A DNA stretch of 32,000 nt from Promethearchaeum syntrophicum (lineage in GTDB: Archaea; Asgardarchaeota; Lokiarchaeia; Sigyniarchaeales; Promethearchaeaceae). Under the pieces are notes generated by a model. The model saw only the letters and a list, made by a program, of their open reading frames with translations. It made no database searches and was not told the DNA's origin. Position numbers and translations under genes: made by a program. Each line of letters starts with the position of its first letter. Within the stretch, counting starts at the first letter, position 1. This document shows, in pieces, positions 9,187 through 18,915 of the stretch. Location: the NCBI RefSeq assembly GCF_008000775.2, contig NZ_CP042905.2, positions 3,600,001 through 3,632,000 of the forward strand, written 5' to 3'.

Positions 9187-9219
9187 CTAATCATCTTCAA
9201 TTATAATCTTAGTCCAATT
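9187..9219 (-). pseudogene. Possible remnant of a PadR-gene 3' end
   Basis: The minus strand reads NWTKIIIEDD-stop, versus the PadR C-terminus NWTKIKIEEE-stop (8291-8323). About 80% nt identity over only 33 nt, so this is weak. Confidence 0.3.
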
Positions 9220-9310
9220 ATAGTCAATTTTTACGGGGAAAATTGCATAGTTGAAATGAGAAATACTTACGATTCTCCGCTAAATTTCATGACGATATTA
9301 GGGCGTGTAA

Positions 9311-10609
9311 TCAATGGGGTTTTTTTTTTAATTTCAATTTTATAACTTCTTTTAATAGAGGAATGGCTAAAATGGGCCGGAAGAAGTGTCGTTTAGGGCG
9401 TTCACCGCACATAATTTGAGCCCACATAGCCATGAACTTATCTCCGCGCTTAATACTAGCTGCAGCAAAGGCATCTATAAATATCGGATGTCGGGCTAAA
9501 AATTTTGCCATTTTCAGGGACCATTTATGGTCATTCCCAAATTTTTCCATGCACATTTGCTGATAACGGGTTAAAAATTCTTCGCTAAGATCGTTTTGTC
9601 GAAATCCTTCTGCGATCACTTCTGCAGCAATAGTGCCTGCATCCATGGCATATGCGATACCTCCACCTGTGAGGGGATCAGCGTGGCCTGCGGCATCCCC
9701 TAGTACGATGAAATGGTCTGCATAGGTTCGTTTTTCCATTCCGTACCGGATCGGGGCTGCTTTCATGCTTTCTATATTGGCATCCGGTCCCAGAGCATCT
9801 TTTATCGGTTGATAGTTATCCAAGATTTCATGGTGCATGCGACTCAAGTCTTTTTTCGTGCAGGAACCTCCAGGGAGGATATAACAACAATAGCTGACTG
9901 AATCGTCGGCTTCTCGGAAAAGTGACACATACCCAGGGACTAATTCGGAAGGATAATAAACTACTCCATCTTGTTGGAACCTGTGGGTGCCGGCTTCGAT
10001 ATAAACTGTAGAGCAAACCGTGTTCTTCTTATTTTCTCCCAAATTTTTAACGATTCCTATCGATTGGGCAAGGGCGGATGTCGAACCATCAGCCGCAATG
10101 AGCATCTTCGCTTTGAAAGGTTCATTCTTTTGCCCCTTTGAGTTGATTATCCAATGATTTTGGAGGGTTGAGAATTTTACTTTACCTACATTATATTCTT
10201 CGACCAAAGTGGCTCCTGTTTTTTGGGCTAATCTGACAAGTTTCTCATCCAATATCGTCCTTTTCACGGACAGAGCCAAGGACCCTTTGGATGATTTGGC
10301 TGATGCTCCAAAATATGTGATCCCTCGTGGACTGACCAACCCCCCTTTATCTGCCCACCTACCATGCCCTTCATCGAGAATTTCTTGCAACAAACCCATT
10401 TTCTCAAGGTGGGTTTGGATGGTTTTAAACATAGCATCACCACAAATCTTGCGTCGGGGGAATTTATCCTTTTCTAAGAGTAGGATTTTCTTCCCTTGCT
10501 TTGCCAAATGGTAAGCGCTGGTGGATCCTCCTGGTCCCGCCCCAACAATGCACACATCATAAACAATTTGATTTTTCTCCGACATAAAATCGCCAATTAA
10601 TGATTTCAA
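9311..10609 (-). CDS. FAD-dependent geranylgeranyl reductase family protein (archaeal lipid / isoprenoid saturation)
   Basis: 432 aa. N-terminal dinucleotide fold YDVCIVGAGPGGSTSAYHLAKQGKKILLLEKDKFPRRKICGDA, then LIAADGSTSALA and VLGDAAGHADPLTGGGI motifs typical of GGR/ChlP-like enzymes. Confidence 0.8.
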   Translation of the reverse strand: MKSLIGDFMSEKNQIVYDVCIVGAGPGGSTSAYHLAKQGKKILLLEKDKFPRRKICGDAMFKTIQTHLEKMGLLQEILDEGHGRWADKGGLVSPRGITYFGASAKSSKGSLALSVKRTILDEKLVRLAQKTGATLVEEYNVGKVKFSTLQNHWIINSKGQKNEPFKAKMLIAADGSTSALAQSIGIVKNLGENKKNTVCSTVYIEAGTHRFQQDGVVYYPSELVPGYVSLFREADDSVSYCCYILPGGSCTKKDLSRMHHEILDNYQPIKDALGPDANIESMKAAPIRYGMEKRTYADHFIVLGDAAGHADPLTGGGIAYAMDAGTIAAEVIAEGFRQNDLSEEFLTRYQQMCMEKFGNDHKWSLKMAKFLARHPIFIDAFAAASIKRGDKFMAMWAQIMCGERPKRHFFRPILAIPLLKEVIKLKLKKKPH

Positions 10610-10929
10610 TTTTCAGAAATAAAAACCATTCGATCTAGATATATTGCCGTATCTTGACTGTTTTTGCCAAAAACGGGAAAATATTGTTGAAATTTGAGTT
10701 TATTATTTCTAGATTTTACCTTAACAAAGCAAATTTAGAAGAGACATTCATGTGGATTGTTTTAAATAGACTGAAATGCCTATAAGTCGGAGGGTAGTAG
10801 GTTTAGTTGATACAAAACAATTATTATTTAGTTTAGAAAACAAAACTTCTAATAGAAATTCTACAATTTTTCATCTTGGTTCAGAGAAAATAAAAGTTAT
10901 TATTTGAATTCTTTTTATCCAAAATATAT

Positions 10930-12243
10930 ATGAAGACGACAAATAAGAATGGGATTTGTTATATGAAAAAGGCGCAAAAATGTAGGATTATGCTCATAAT
11001 CTTTTCGCTTTTATGCGTTACTCTTACTTCACAAGTTAAAGTAAGTTCCGCTCTTTCAGAGAAGAATAAAAGACAATCTTTTGATGATGGGGCGTGGTTA
11101 GTCAAACATAAATCTTCTGAACTTATCCAGATCACCGATTTGGTTGTTGATTCTACCAATATTTATGGCTTTGGTACTATCCATGTTGATGACTCTGTAG
11201 AAAAGTCTGATTTACTGCTTATAAATTGGGGACCCGATGGAAATTTAAAATGGTCCAAAGTGATTGAATTTCGCGATCAACAAGCGAGTGCTGGAAAAAT
11301 ATGGTCAGATGGTGCAGCATTATATATAGTCGCGAGGTTTGGAAATAGTGGAGGTCCTTATTCAAGTTGGATGGCTAAATGGGATTTTAATGGAACACAA
11401 ATTTGGAATCGGGTTGGTCGAGGAATCGGGAGCGAGGGTGTATTGAATATATTCGAATCTAATGAAAAAATAATCAAAATTTCTGTTGGTGCTGATAGTA
11501 ATTATTTAAATATTGAAACTATCACAAAAGAAGGAGAGTTCAATTCTATTATCTATATTGATTTAGGGGATTCCCAAGATTTCCGCGATAGTTGGGTAAA
11601 TGGGACGGATTTTTTTCTCACAGGGGATTTAGGTAGTAATGCAACTATACATCATTATTCTCCATCTGGTTCATTGATTGACTCCTTTATCTTACCATTC
11701 TTTGAGAGCAGTATGCGATTTATCGGATCGGACACCAAACTATTGGTCGCCACTGGATCAGATACACAATTCGATTTTTATACGTTAAACCATTCAGGAG
11801 ACATTCTATCGCATGAAAATATAATCATGAATAATGGTGAAACTCCTGATAAATGTTGGCCAGATGCATTTTGGTCGAATGGGAGTTCTTTTTTCCTCTC
11901 CGGTAGTGGTTATGATCCAGAATATTCCCGATTACCGACCCTCATACAATTCTCGCCAGATATGATCATAGAAAAACAAATCAAGATTGGAAATACCATG
12001 GGATACGGGATCACATCGATGACGGGATACAATAACAGTATTTTCATGACCTGGTTTTCTGCGGATCAGTCACTTAATCTGATGAAAATTCCCCTTAATT
12101 CTGAGGTTCTTATGTATGAAATCAAATTTCCCGATTTAAGGGTTACATTACTGATTTCAGGGATTACCCTGGCCGGAATTACAATTCTAATTATAACCCT
12201 TAAACCAATCCTTCAAAAAAAAGGAAAAAATGTTCCAACTTGA
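10930..12243 (+). CDS. Surface-anchored beta-propeller repeat protein (SBBP-like), signal peptide plus C-terminal TM anchor
   Basis: Hydrophobic N-terminus (RIMLIIFSLLCVTLTSQVKVSSA). Repeated D..L.kw...G...W units (LINWGPDGNLKWSK, MAKWDFNGTQIWNR, HHYSPSGSLIDSF, YTLNHSGDILSHE). C-terminal TM LLISGITLAGITILIITL followed by basic residues. An alternative start is ATG 10963. Confidence 0.55.
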   Translation: MKTTNKNGICYMKKAQKCRIMLIIFSLLCVTLTSQVKVSSALSEKNKRQSFDDGAWLVKHKSSELIQITDLVVDSTNIYGFGTIHVDDSVEKSDLLLINWGPDGNLKWSKVIEFRDQQASAGKIWSDGAALYIVARFGNSGGPYSSWMAKWDFNGTQIWNRVGRGIGSEGVLNIFESNEKIIKISVGADSNYLNIETITKEGEFNSIIYIDLGDSQDFRDSWVNGTDFFLTGDLGSNATIHHYSPSGSLIDSFILPFFESSMRFIGSDTKLLVATGSDTQFDFYTLNHSGDILSHENIIMNNGETPDKCWPDAFWSNGSSFFLSGSGYDPEYSRLPTLIQFSPDMIIEKQIKIGNTMGYGITSMTGYNNSIFMTWFSADQSLNLMKIPLNSEVLMYEIKFPDLRVTLLISGITLAGITILIITLKPILQKKGKNVPT

Positions 12244-12301
12244 TAATAGTATGTAAAAGGAAAACAAAAAATATTTTAATCTGACATGTAAAAATATATT
12301 T

Positions 12302-12739
12302 ATGGATGAATCCTCGTTGGAATTTAACCGGCTTTTTTCAATAGAAGAAATCGAAAGTATGAACGCGATTTTTCACGAATTAATAGGAATTATAAGAAAA
12401 ATTATTAAACAAGATTTTAAGCAAAAGATCAGATCTCGCCGCCATTTTAAACCGATCACGATCATCACGAAAGAGAATGAAATTGTAATTCATCAAAAAA
12501 AAAAAATTATCCAATTTTCGGATTTAATTGCTCCATTATATGATCCAAAAGATTGGGTCTCTTTCAATCAAGTGGCTTCAGTCATGCTTTTGGAGATTGT
12601 TGGGGGGGTCGCCATTTGGCAATTGGGTGTGGAATGGGGAGAAAAATTCCTTGAAGAAAATGTGGTTAAAAACTTAAACAAAAAATATCATGATTTGCTT
12701 GTTTTAGGCCAAAAAAGAGTGTTTAGTATCCGATTTTGA
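12302..12739 (+). CDS. Hypothetical protein (145 aa)
   Basis: ATG-to-TGA ORF with no recognised domain. Its last ~55 codons are duplicated as a decayed copy at 14991..15182. Confidence 0.5.
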   Translation: MDESSLEFNRLFSIEEIESMNAIFHELIGIIRKIIKQDFKQKIRSRRHFKPITIITKENEIVIHQKKKIIQFSDLIAPLYDPKDWVSFNQVASVMLLEIVGGVAIWQLGVEWGEKFLEENVVKNLNKKYHDLLVLGQKRVFSIRF

Positions 12740-13267
12740 AGATTTTCAAGAATAAATATTATCTTTTTCATAGTTCCAATTGTTACCCAAACTCTAATTT
12801 CCCACTTTTATCTTAGACTATATAATACTCCGATATTATTATCTCCCCGAGAATAAAAATCAAATAATTTTTTTTTAAAAAACAGCTTTGGATACCTCCT
12901 CCACACTCGCATCAATTATAATTGAGAATCAAATGAGATATTGAGTTTTTGGAAAGATGAAGGCTTTTAATTCAAAGGATTTTTTGTAAAAAAAAAATCA
13001 GAAAGAAATGGAGATTTGAAAGAATTTTTATAGATTTGGATAACCTATTTTCCATCTGTTATATTAATCAAGGAAATCACCATCATGATTTAATGTTTCA
13101 AAGAATATCCAAAATTTAGCTATGATAATTAATTCCAAGTCAGTAATATCGCCTTGAAGATTTTGAGTTCGAAGAGGTTGACTTGGCGAGTTAAACGGTG
13201 AAAATTATCCACCAGAGTTAAAGATGTCAAGGGGGATGAAATATTTAAATACAGTCGTGTCAAAATA

Positions 13268-14785
13268 ATGACTAACCAATTATTCAATAATTGGTTAAGT
13301 AAAAAGAGTGAAAAAAAAATGTCGCGTAAAATTCGTATTTTAATAAAGGTCAACATAATCTTTATGATCTTGCTAATTCCGAGTATTGGAATTATTAATC
13401 TAGCGTCTGCAGCGCAAATTTCCTCCATAATTGCATATTCTCCTGATGGGAAGGGATATATTGAAGAACTGAGTTCAGGAAAACAATTAATTCATATGGA
13501 AGGGAGCCCTTATGAAATGGGCTATCAACAGGGCTATCTAGATCCTATCAGTGTTGAGCGTTTAGCTTCAGTTGATTGGTTTAAAAACGTAGTTCTAAAT
13601 TTACTAGAAGCTGAGGATTGGATTCTACTGTTTATTATGAAAAAAGTTCTTAATTATAATCGGTTGATGAGTGAAGTTGGGAGTGTTGTAGATGAACCAA
13701 CTATAGCTGCGGTTGCGGCTCAAAGTACTGATAATCTTGATATGTTGTTAGATAAGTTATTTATTTTATGCCATGAATTAGTAGCATATAATAGTATTTA
13801 TGTACCTCAAGAATTTCTGGATGAAATCCAAGGTGTGGCAGATGGAGCAACAGATGCAGGTCATCCTGTATCCTATGAAGAGGTTCTTCTTTTAAATATG
13901 GGAATGGATGCATTGCTTGCTTTGGCATACCCCGTCGTAGAACCTTATCTTTTCTGGATGGATCTCTTTAGTTTTCTCTCGTGTAGCGGATATGTAGCTC
14001 AAGGTGCAGCCACAACAGATGGACACACAATTATGGGTCGTCATTGGCAATTTACATCGTATGTGACCCATGAAGAAATGATTTTAATGGAATATTGCCC
14101 AGATAGCGGAAATCAATTTCTTAGTACTTCTTGCGCGGGTTTTGTTGGGGTCACCTCAGCAATGAACGATCAAGGCTTGGGAATTGGTAATGACATGGTT
14201 CCTGCACAAGATTGTAATCCTGCTAATTTTGGAATGGGAACACTTTTAACTGCCCGATATGTTATGCAATATACAAACCAATTGAGTGAAGCTATTAATT
14301 TTATTACAACCCATACTCGTGGATGTTCCTGGATATATGGAATTGGTGATGGACGAAATGGTGAAACTGGAGGTGTAGCTTTAGAAACCTCCACCAACTA
14401 TTACCGGGTGCGGGATATGACATATACTCGCCCTTGGTGGGCAATTTTCTCCTTTAATACAATTGAAAAGAAAAGTGATTTGGTTACATACACCAATCAT
14501 TATATCTATTATAGAATGAATGATTTAGCCGATTCAACCGCAATTGACGATTCTGTCGATCGTTACACTTGGCTCACAAATCTTGCATTGGATATGTACG
14601 GAACATTAGATTTAGATTCTGGGAGTGTACTGATTGATTATCTTCATCCCCCAAATTATGGTTATTATGGATCGGATCTTACCCAACCTGTTGGATGTGC
14701 AGTCACGTGTTGGGATTTAACAACATTGGAAGCCAAGGCTTTATTCGGATATTATAATGACGATTGGGTATATCGCTCCCTTTAA
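13268..14785 (+). CDS. Secreted Ntn-hydrolase, peptidase C45 / acyl-CoA:6-APA acyltransferase-like
   Basis: GSPYEMGYQQGYL near the N-terminus. Candidate autoprocessing nucleophile context FLSCSGYVAQGAATTDGHTIMGRHWQF. The internal ATG 13319 gives a classic signal peptide MSRKIRILIKVNIIFMILLIPSIGIINLASA-AQ and is the more likely start. Confidence 0.55.
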   Translation: MTNQLFNNWLSKKSEKKMSRKIRILIKVNIIFMILLIPSIGIINLASAAQISSIIAYSPDGKGYIEELSSGKQLIHMEGSPYEMGYQQGYLDPISVERLASVDWFKNVVLNLLEAEDWILLFIMKKVLNYNRLMSEVGSVVDEPTIAAVAAQSTDNLDMLLDKLFILCHELVAYNSIYVPQEFLDEIQGVADGATDAGHPVSYEEVLLLNMGMDALLALAYPVVEPYLFWMDLFSFLSCSGYVAQGAATTDGHTIMGRHWQFTSYVTHEEMILMEYCPDSGNQFLSTSCAGFVGVTSAMNDQGLGIGNDMVPAQDCNPANFGMGTLLTARYVMQYTNQLSEAINFITTHTRGCSWIYGIGDGRNGETGGVALETSTNYYRVRDMTYTRPWWAIFSFNTIEKKSDLVTYTNHYIYYRMNDLADSTAIDDSVDRYTWLTNLALDMYGTLDLDSGSVLIDYLHPPNYGYYGSDLTQPVGCAVTCWDLTTLEAKALFGYYNDDWVYRSL

Positions 14786-14990
14786 GAGTGAAGAAAATAT
14801 GCTGGAGAGATTCCAAGGATTCCATCAGAAACTTCCTCTTTTTTTTTATTTTTGAATTTTTGAATTTTCTCTTTTCTCTCAGTTGGGGAAATTAAATACC
14901 GAAGAATTTCTTTAGAGTTAATATCACCAGTTGGATTAGTCTTGAAGATTTTAATTTGTTAAAAACATTAATAGTGAATTTTTCTACCTA

Positions 14991-15134
14991 ATGAGAAGTG
15001 TATATATGCTTTTTGAGAATGCAAAAACAGTCGTAATTTGGCAATTGGGTGTTTTATGGGGAGTAAAATTTATTGAAGACGAAATCGTTAAAGGGTTAAA
15101 CAAAAAATATCAAGATATGATTGTTTTAGGATAA
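14991..15134 (+). pseudogene. Truncated paralogous copy of the C-terminus of the 12302..12739 gene
   Basis: 47-codon ORF MRSVYMLFENAKTVVIWQLGVLWGVKFIEDEIVKGLNKKYQDMIVLG-stop, versus ...VAIWQLGVEWGEKFLEENVVKNLNKKYHDLLVLGQKRVFSIRF. A TAA replaces the CAA (Gln) codon. After it the frame still reads KRVFCIQF-stop. Confidence 0.6.
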
Positions 15135-15213
15135 AAAAGGGTGTTCTGTATCCAATTTTAAGATTATCAAAATTTTCAAGATTTAAAAAATATCGATGAA
15201 TAATCATTTTTTT

Positions 15214-16131
15214 TCATTTCATTATGTTGGATTCAAGAATAGAAAAATATAAATCAATAATTCCTTTCCATTCATTTTCTGTTAATTCCCGTACTTCTAA
15301 ACCATTCTTCGGTACATAGGTAACGATGATCATCGATGGCTTATATTGTACATAAGGTTTGAATTCTAACTCGATATCCACTTCTTTATTATATTTCTTC
15401 TTGGACAGGTGTCCATTTTTTATCCATGTATCTAATTCCAGTCCAACTCCTCCAAAAGAAGTTGCACAAATGAGTTTTATTTCCATAGCAGGGTATTTTG
15501 CGGGATTAACTAGGATATTGGTAGGTCCCATTTGAATCATGCTTTCCCTTTCGGTTATTGTTATCTCTATTCTAATTTTTTCGGGATCATAGTATTTCTT
15601 TATTAATTCTGCAGTAAGGATCGTTTGTTCGATGTTATGAATAAATATGGTTCCAATTTTTCGTTTTTCTGGCTCTTTTTCATAGAAAGTAATATATCCG
15701 ATCCCTATTTCCCCTAGACAATAAAGGATGGAAATGAGAATGATATGGATTTGAAAAACATTATTAATCACTAATACTAATGGAACTACCAATATCGCAA
15801 TTCCTCCAAGAAAAATTAGCACCAGATTGAAAATTATTTTAAATTTTTTCGGTTTTTCATGATATTCAATAGATGGATATTGATTATACAAATCAATAAA
15901 TTCCTCTAGAGTAATTATCAGTTTGCGCTGATGAGGACTGAAGATTTTTATTGGAATGCCCAAACTCATTCCCATCGCAACTAAAATACCAAAATTCATG
16001 AATCCACCAAAATATTCCCCAAAGAAATACAACAGTATCGGACCAATTGTTATGATAATCAATCCACTTATCACAATTTGAATGGTCTTTTGCTTTCCAT
16101 TCCATGGTTGAAACTTGTTTTCAATTGACAT
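15214..16131 (-). CDS. Hypothetical membrane protein (4 TM segments plus ~150-aa C-terminal soluble domain)
   Basis: 305-aa ATG ORF with clear hydrophobic segments (IQIVISGLIIITIGPILLYFF, FNLVLIFLGGIAILVVPLVLVI and others). No recognised domain. Confidence 0.55.
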   Translation of the reverse strand: MSIENKFQPWNGKQKTIQIVISGLIIITIGPILLYFFGEYFGGFMNFGILVAMGMSLGIPIKIFSPHQRKLIITLEEFIDLYNQYPSIEYHEKPKKFKIIFNLVLIFLGGIAILVVPLVLVINNVFQIHIILISILYCLGEIGIGYITFYEKEPEKRKIGTIFIHNIEQTILTAELIKKYYDPEKIRIEITITERESMIQMGPTNILVNPAKYPAMEIKLICATSFGGVGLELDTWIKNGHLSKKKYNKEVDIELEFKPYVQYKPSMIIVTYVPKNGLEVRELTENEWKGIIDLYFSILESNIMK

Positions 16132-16705
16132 ACTACAATTTCATTTACGATAGATATATAAAATGTGTGATTTCAAAGTAGGAAATTCTTGGATTAAAAA
16201 GAAACCCTAATTTTTCTATACTTAATCAAAACCTTGTAATAAAACATTTTAAATCTAATATTTCAAGGTTTAAGGAGTGAGAATTCCCTCTCCGACATAA
16301 TTCCATTTTATATTAAAGATTAAATGGAAAAATATAATGCACTCATCTACTTTGTTGATTTCACTACAAAGTATTAACAAAACCCTCCTAAAGAAGAGAA
16401 AGCTGTCAATTTTATCCATATCTGAAATGTATGAATTGATTTTCCAATAATTATTAATTAAGTAAAAATGACAAACGTAAAGCATTTGGTGAAGCTATAA
16501 TTTTGAAAAATTCCGATATAGAAAACATCTTTTAATATGGTTTTGAAAGCTGTAATGATTGACCCCATACCTAAGATTTGCTTCAATCTGTTATCTGAAA
16601 CACGAGGAGATGGTCCTAGGGGCAAAATTGCCCAGAGAGCGATGAAAAATGCAGAATTTGTTCGTTCATAATTCTCTTATTTAACTCTATTGGAATAATC
16701 TTTAA

Positions 16706-17254
16706 CTATTTAACATGGTTGAAAGCACTTTTAATGCTGTTCAGGTTAAAAATCGATGTATCAAATATCTTGATGGACTTCTTATGCCCTTGGATGAAGG
16801 ATTCAACCTTGTCAAGGAACATTTGTTTGAGGTTTTTTTTGGTCGGATCAAAATTTGGATCGGTTTTATTAAACAGGATATTGATTTCTGCATCAGGGCT
16901 ATTTCTTACAATTATTGGAAGCACTGTCATGAAGTACATGATGGAATTAAATAACCGATAATAATCTTGAACATCGATAACATAAAATGCAAATGAGATA
17001 GAGCGAAGATAGGTTTCAGGATCAGCTAAGTATTCATTACGATAGACTTCTTGCCCTCCAAAATCCCAAACTACAAGATTTCTCTCGGAGATGACACTTC
17101 TCTCAATATTCTTGGTAGGCGACATATCAGGAGGGGTAAGTTGGTTAAATCTAATTTTATCCGTGAGAACATCAACAATAGTGGTTTTTCCCGCATTTTC
17201 CAAGCCCATAAGAATAACTTTTATTAAATCTTCTCGATTCATTTCGTTGCTCAT
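16706..17254 (-). CDS. Arf-family-like small GTPase
   Basis: G1 GLENAGKTT, G2-region SPTKNIE, G3 WDFGGQ (the Arf/G-alpha type WDxGGQ), G4 NKTD. 182 aa. Confidence 0.85.
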   Translation of the reverse strand: MSNEMNREDLIKVILMGLENAGKTTIVDVLTDKIRFNQLTPPDMSPTKNIERSVISERNLVVWDFGGQEVYRNEYLADPETYLRSISFAFYVIDVQDYYRLFNSIMYFMTVLPIIVRNSPDAEINILFNKTDPNFDPTKKNLKQMFLDKVESFIQGHKKSIKIFDTSIFNLNSIKSAFNHVK

Positions 17255-17378
17255 TAAACATCAAGTTGTATTTATCTTATATAAAAAAGATTGCATTGAT
17301 AAAAACTGGTCTAAAAATTATTAATAATAGAGTCTTTACTTTTTGTATTTAGGACAGACGAAAGTCCGATGAAAAAAA

Positions 17379-17807
17379 ATGAAGAACACACATTGCTCAT
17401 ACGATTCATCACGTGCTGGTGAATCAGAACGCTTAAGTTTAGCTCGAAAAGAAATGAAAGACGCCTGGATTGGATTAATCATTGTTAGTATAGTTATGGC
17501 AGCATTATTCCATTCAGCCTGGTGGTCATTGATCCCGCGGGTCGTATTATTTATTCATGCAATTGATAAAACAGCAAAATACTCCCGAATTAAAGATGCA
17601 GATAGAAGATTGAAGGCACAAGAATCAAGGCAAAGACAATACGGAACTCCTACTGAAACTTCGTATTACGGGAAACCGGAACAACCTACAATTATTACCT
17701 CACCTTCTAAGGCAACCTCCGGCTTTTGCCCATTATGTGGACAAAAACATGAAAGAGACGCAGTCTTTTGTTCGGCTTGCGGAACTGATTTGAGACAAGG
17801 GGCTTAA
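17379..17807 (+). CDS. Membrane protein with C-terminal zinc-ribbon
   Basis: Two hydrophobic segments (AWIGLIIVSIVMAALF, WWSLIPRVVLFIHAI) and C-terminal CPLCG-x11-CSACG. Confidence 0.55.
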   Translation: MKNTHCSYDSSRAGESERLSLARKEMKDAWIGLIIVSIVMAALFHSAWWSLIPRVVLFIHAIDKTAKYSRIKDADRRLKAQESRQRQYGTPTETSYYGKPEQPTIITSPSKATSGFCPLCGQKHERDAVFCSACGTDLRQGA

Positions 17808-18013
17808 TTTCTTTTTTAATTTTTTCTTACTTACCTATCTTATAGCGCATTTTATAAGAACACTATAGATTTCGGTTCAGTTAGTCACGCAAATTAGTAA
17901 ATTTAGATTAATAGCTTCTATTGATTTGATTGTATTAGTTTTCTAAGCATTTTTTTTTTAATGAATTTTAATAAAACCAAAATTTTTTCCCATTTCCGAT
18001 ATAATCATCTTAT

Positions 18014-18511
18014 ATGAAATTCGAGGAATTTACACCCGAACAAAAAAGAATGTATGATCTTAGACATTTCCCCGTTCGCCCACATGTAGGAGTTGGGGGA
18101 GTAATTGTTTGGAATAACCAAATTTTACTTATTAAACGAAAATATAATCCATCTGCAGGAAAATGGGCAATACCTGGAGGTCACTTAAAATTAGGAGAGC
18201 CAACACCAACAGGTGCACTTCGAGAATGTGAAGAAGAAACAGGATTAAATCTTCAAATTGTTAAATTGGCAGGCGTAATTGATCGAATCGATCAAGAAAA
18301 TAGCGGAAAATATGAATATCATTATGTTCTGGTTGATTATTTCATGAAAGTAATCGGAGATTTTACAGTCAAAAATCCTCCAATACCTAAAGCACAATCT
18401 GATGTAGAAGAAGCAATATTTATTACCTTTAAAGACCTTTCTCAATATAACTTAACAAGAACGACAAAAGAACTTTTAATTCAACTTAACATAATGGATT
18501 TAAATGGGTAG
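18014..18511 (+). CDS. NUDIX hydrolase
   Basis: Complete Nudix box GHLKLGEPTPTGALRECEEETGL (Gx5Ex7REUxEExGU). Confidence 0.85.
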   Translation: MKFEEFTPEQKRMYDLRHFPVRPHVGVGGVIVWNNQILLIKRKYNPSAGKWAIPGGHLKLGEPTPTGALRECEEETGLNLQIVKLAGVIDRIDQENSGKYEYHYVLVDYFMKVIGDFTVKNPPIPKAQSDVEEAIFITFKDLSQYNLTRTTKELLIQLNIMDLNG

Positions 18512-18528
18512 TCTTTAAATATTATATA

Positions 18529-18915
18529 ATGGAATTAACACCGTTGCATCACCAAAAATTAGAACGATATATTGATCAACTTCAAGATGATCCGAATATT
18601 TTGGCAATGGTAGTATATGGAAGTGCAACTAAATCTAATAAATATAATGATATTGATATTGCATTAATTGCATTTCCTGAAAAAATTCCATACATTGATG
18701 AACTTAAATATATGTTAGGAACTAATGAAGAATTTGATATTCATTTTCTTCATAAATTGCCGGTTTACATTCAAAAAGATGCTATTAAAGGGAAACTTAA
18801 ATTCTATAAAGATTATCAAATAATTTTTAACGTTTTTATTAATATCATAAGAGAATGGGATGATTTTCATAAAAGGTATGGTTTATTTCTGGAAGTGATA
18901 CGAGATGGCTTATGA
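18529..18915 (+). CDS. mntA: Minimal nucleotidyltransferase antitoxin (MntA-type)
   Basis: VVYGSATKSNKYNDIDIAL (GS-x9-11-DxD polymerase-beta-type NTase motif). Overlaps the downstream HEPN gene by 11 nt. Confidence 0.8.
   Translation: MELTPLHHQKLERYIDQLQDDPNILAMVVYGSATKSNKYNDIDIALIAFPEKIPYIDELKYMLGTNEEFDIHFLHKLPVYIQKDAIKGKLKFYKDYQIIFNVFINIIREWDDFHKRYGLFLEVIRDGL

Noticed and set aside
9713-10514. Three 62-101-aa ORFs (9713..9901 +, 9828..10016 -, 10209..10514 +) inside the geranylgeranyl reductase gene
   Set aside because: They overlap a well-supported 432-aa gene and have no motifs. They arise because this gene is locally GC-richer and therefore poor in stop codons in the other frames.
13129-13428. 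99-aa minus-strand ORF overlapping the start of the C45-like peptidase gene
   Set aside because: It is low-complexity and antisense to the signal-peptide region of a supported gene, and it has no motif.
16270-16485. 71-aa minus-strand ORF in the 575-bp spacer between the membrane protein gene and the GTPase gene
   Set aside because: No ribosome-binding context or motif is present, and the composition is typical of an AT-rich non-coding frame. The spacer is more likely a promoter/UTR region.
16541-16600. Possible C/D-box sRNA (AATGATT ... CTGA about 45 nt apart) in the spacer downstream of the GTPase gene
   Set aside because: The C box deviates from RUGAUGA. No convincing C'/D' pair or terminal stem is present. 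The boxes are short enough to occur by chance in AT-rich DNA.
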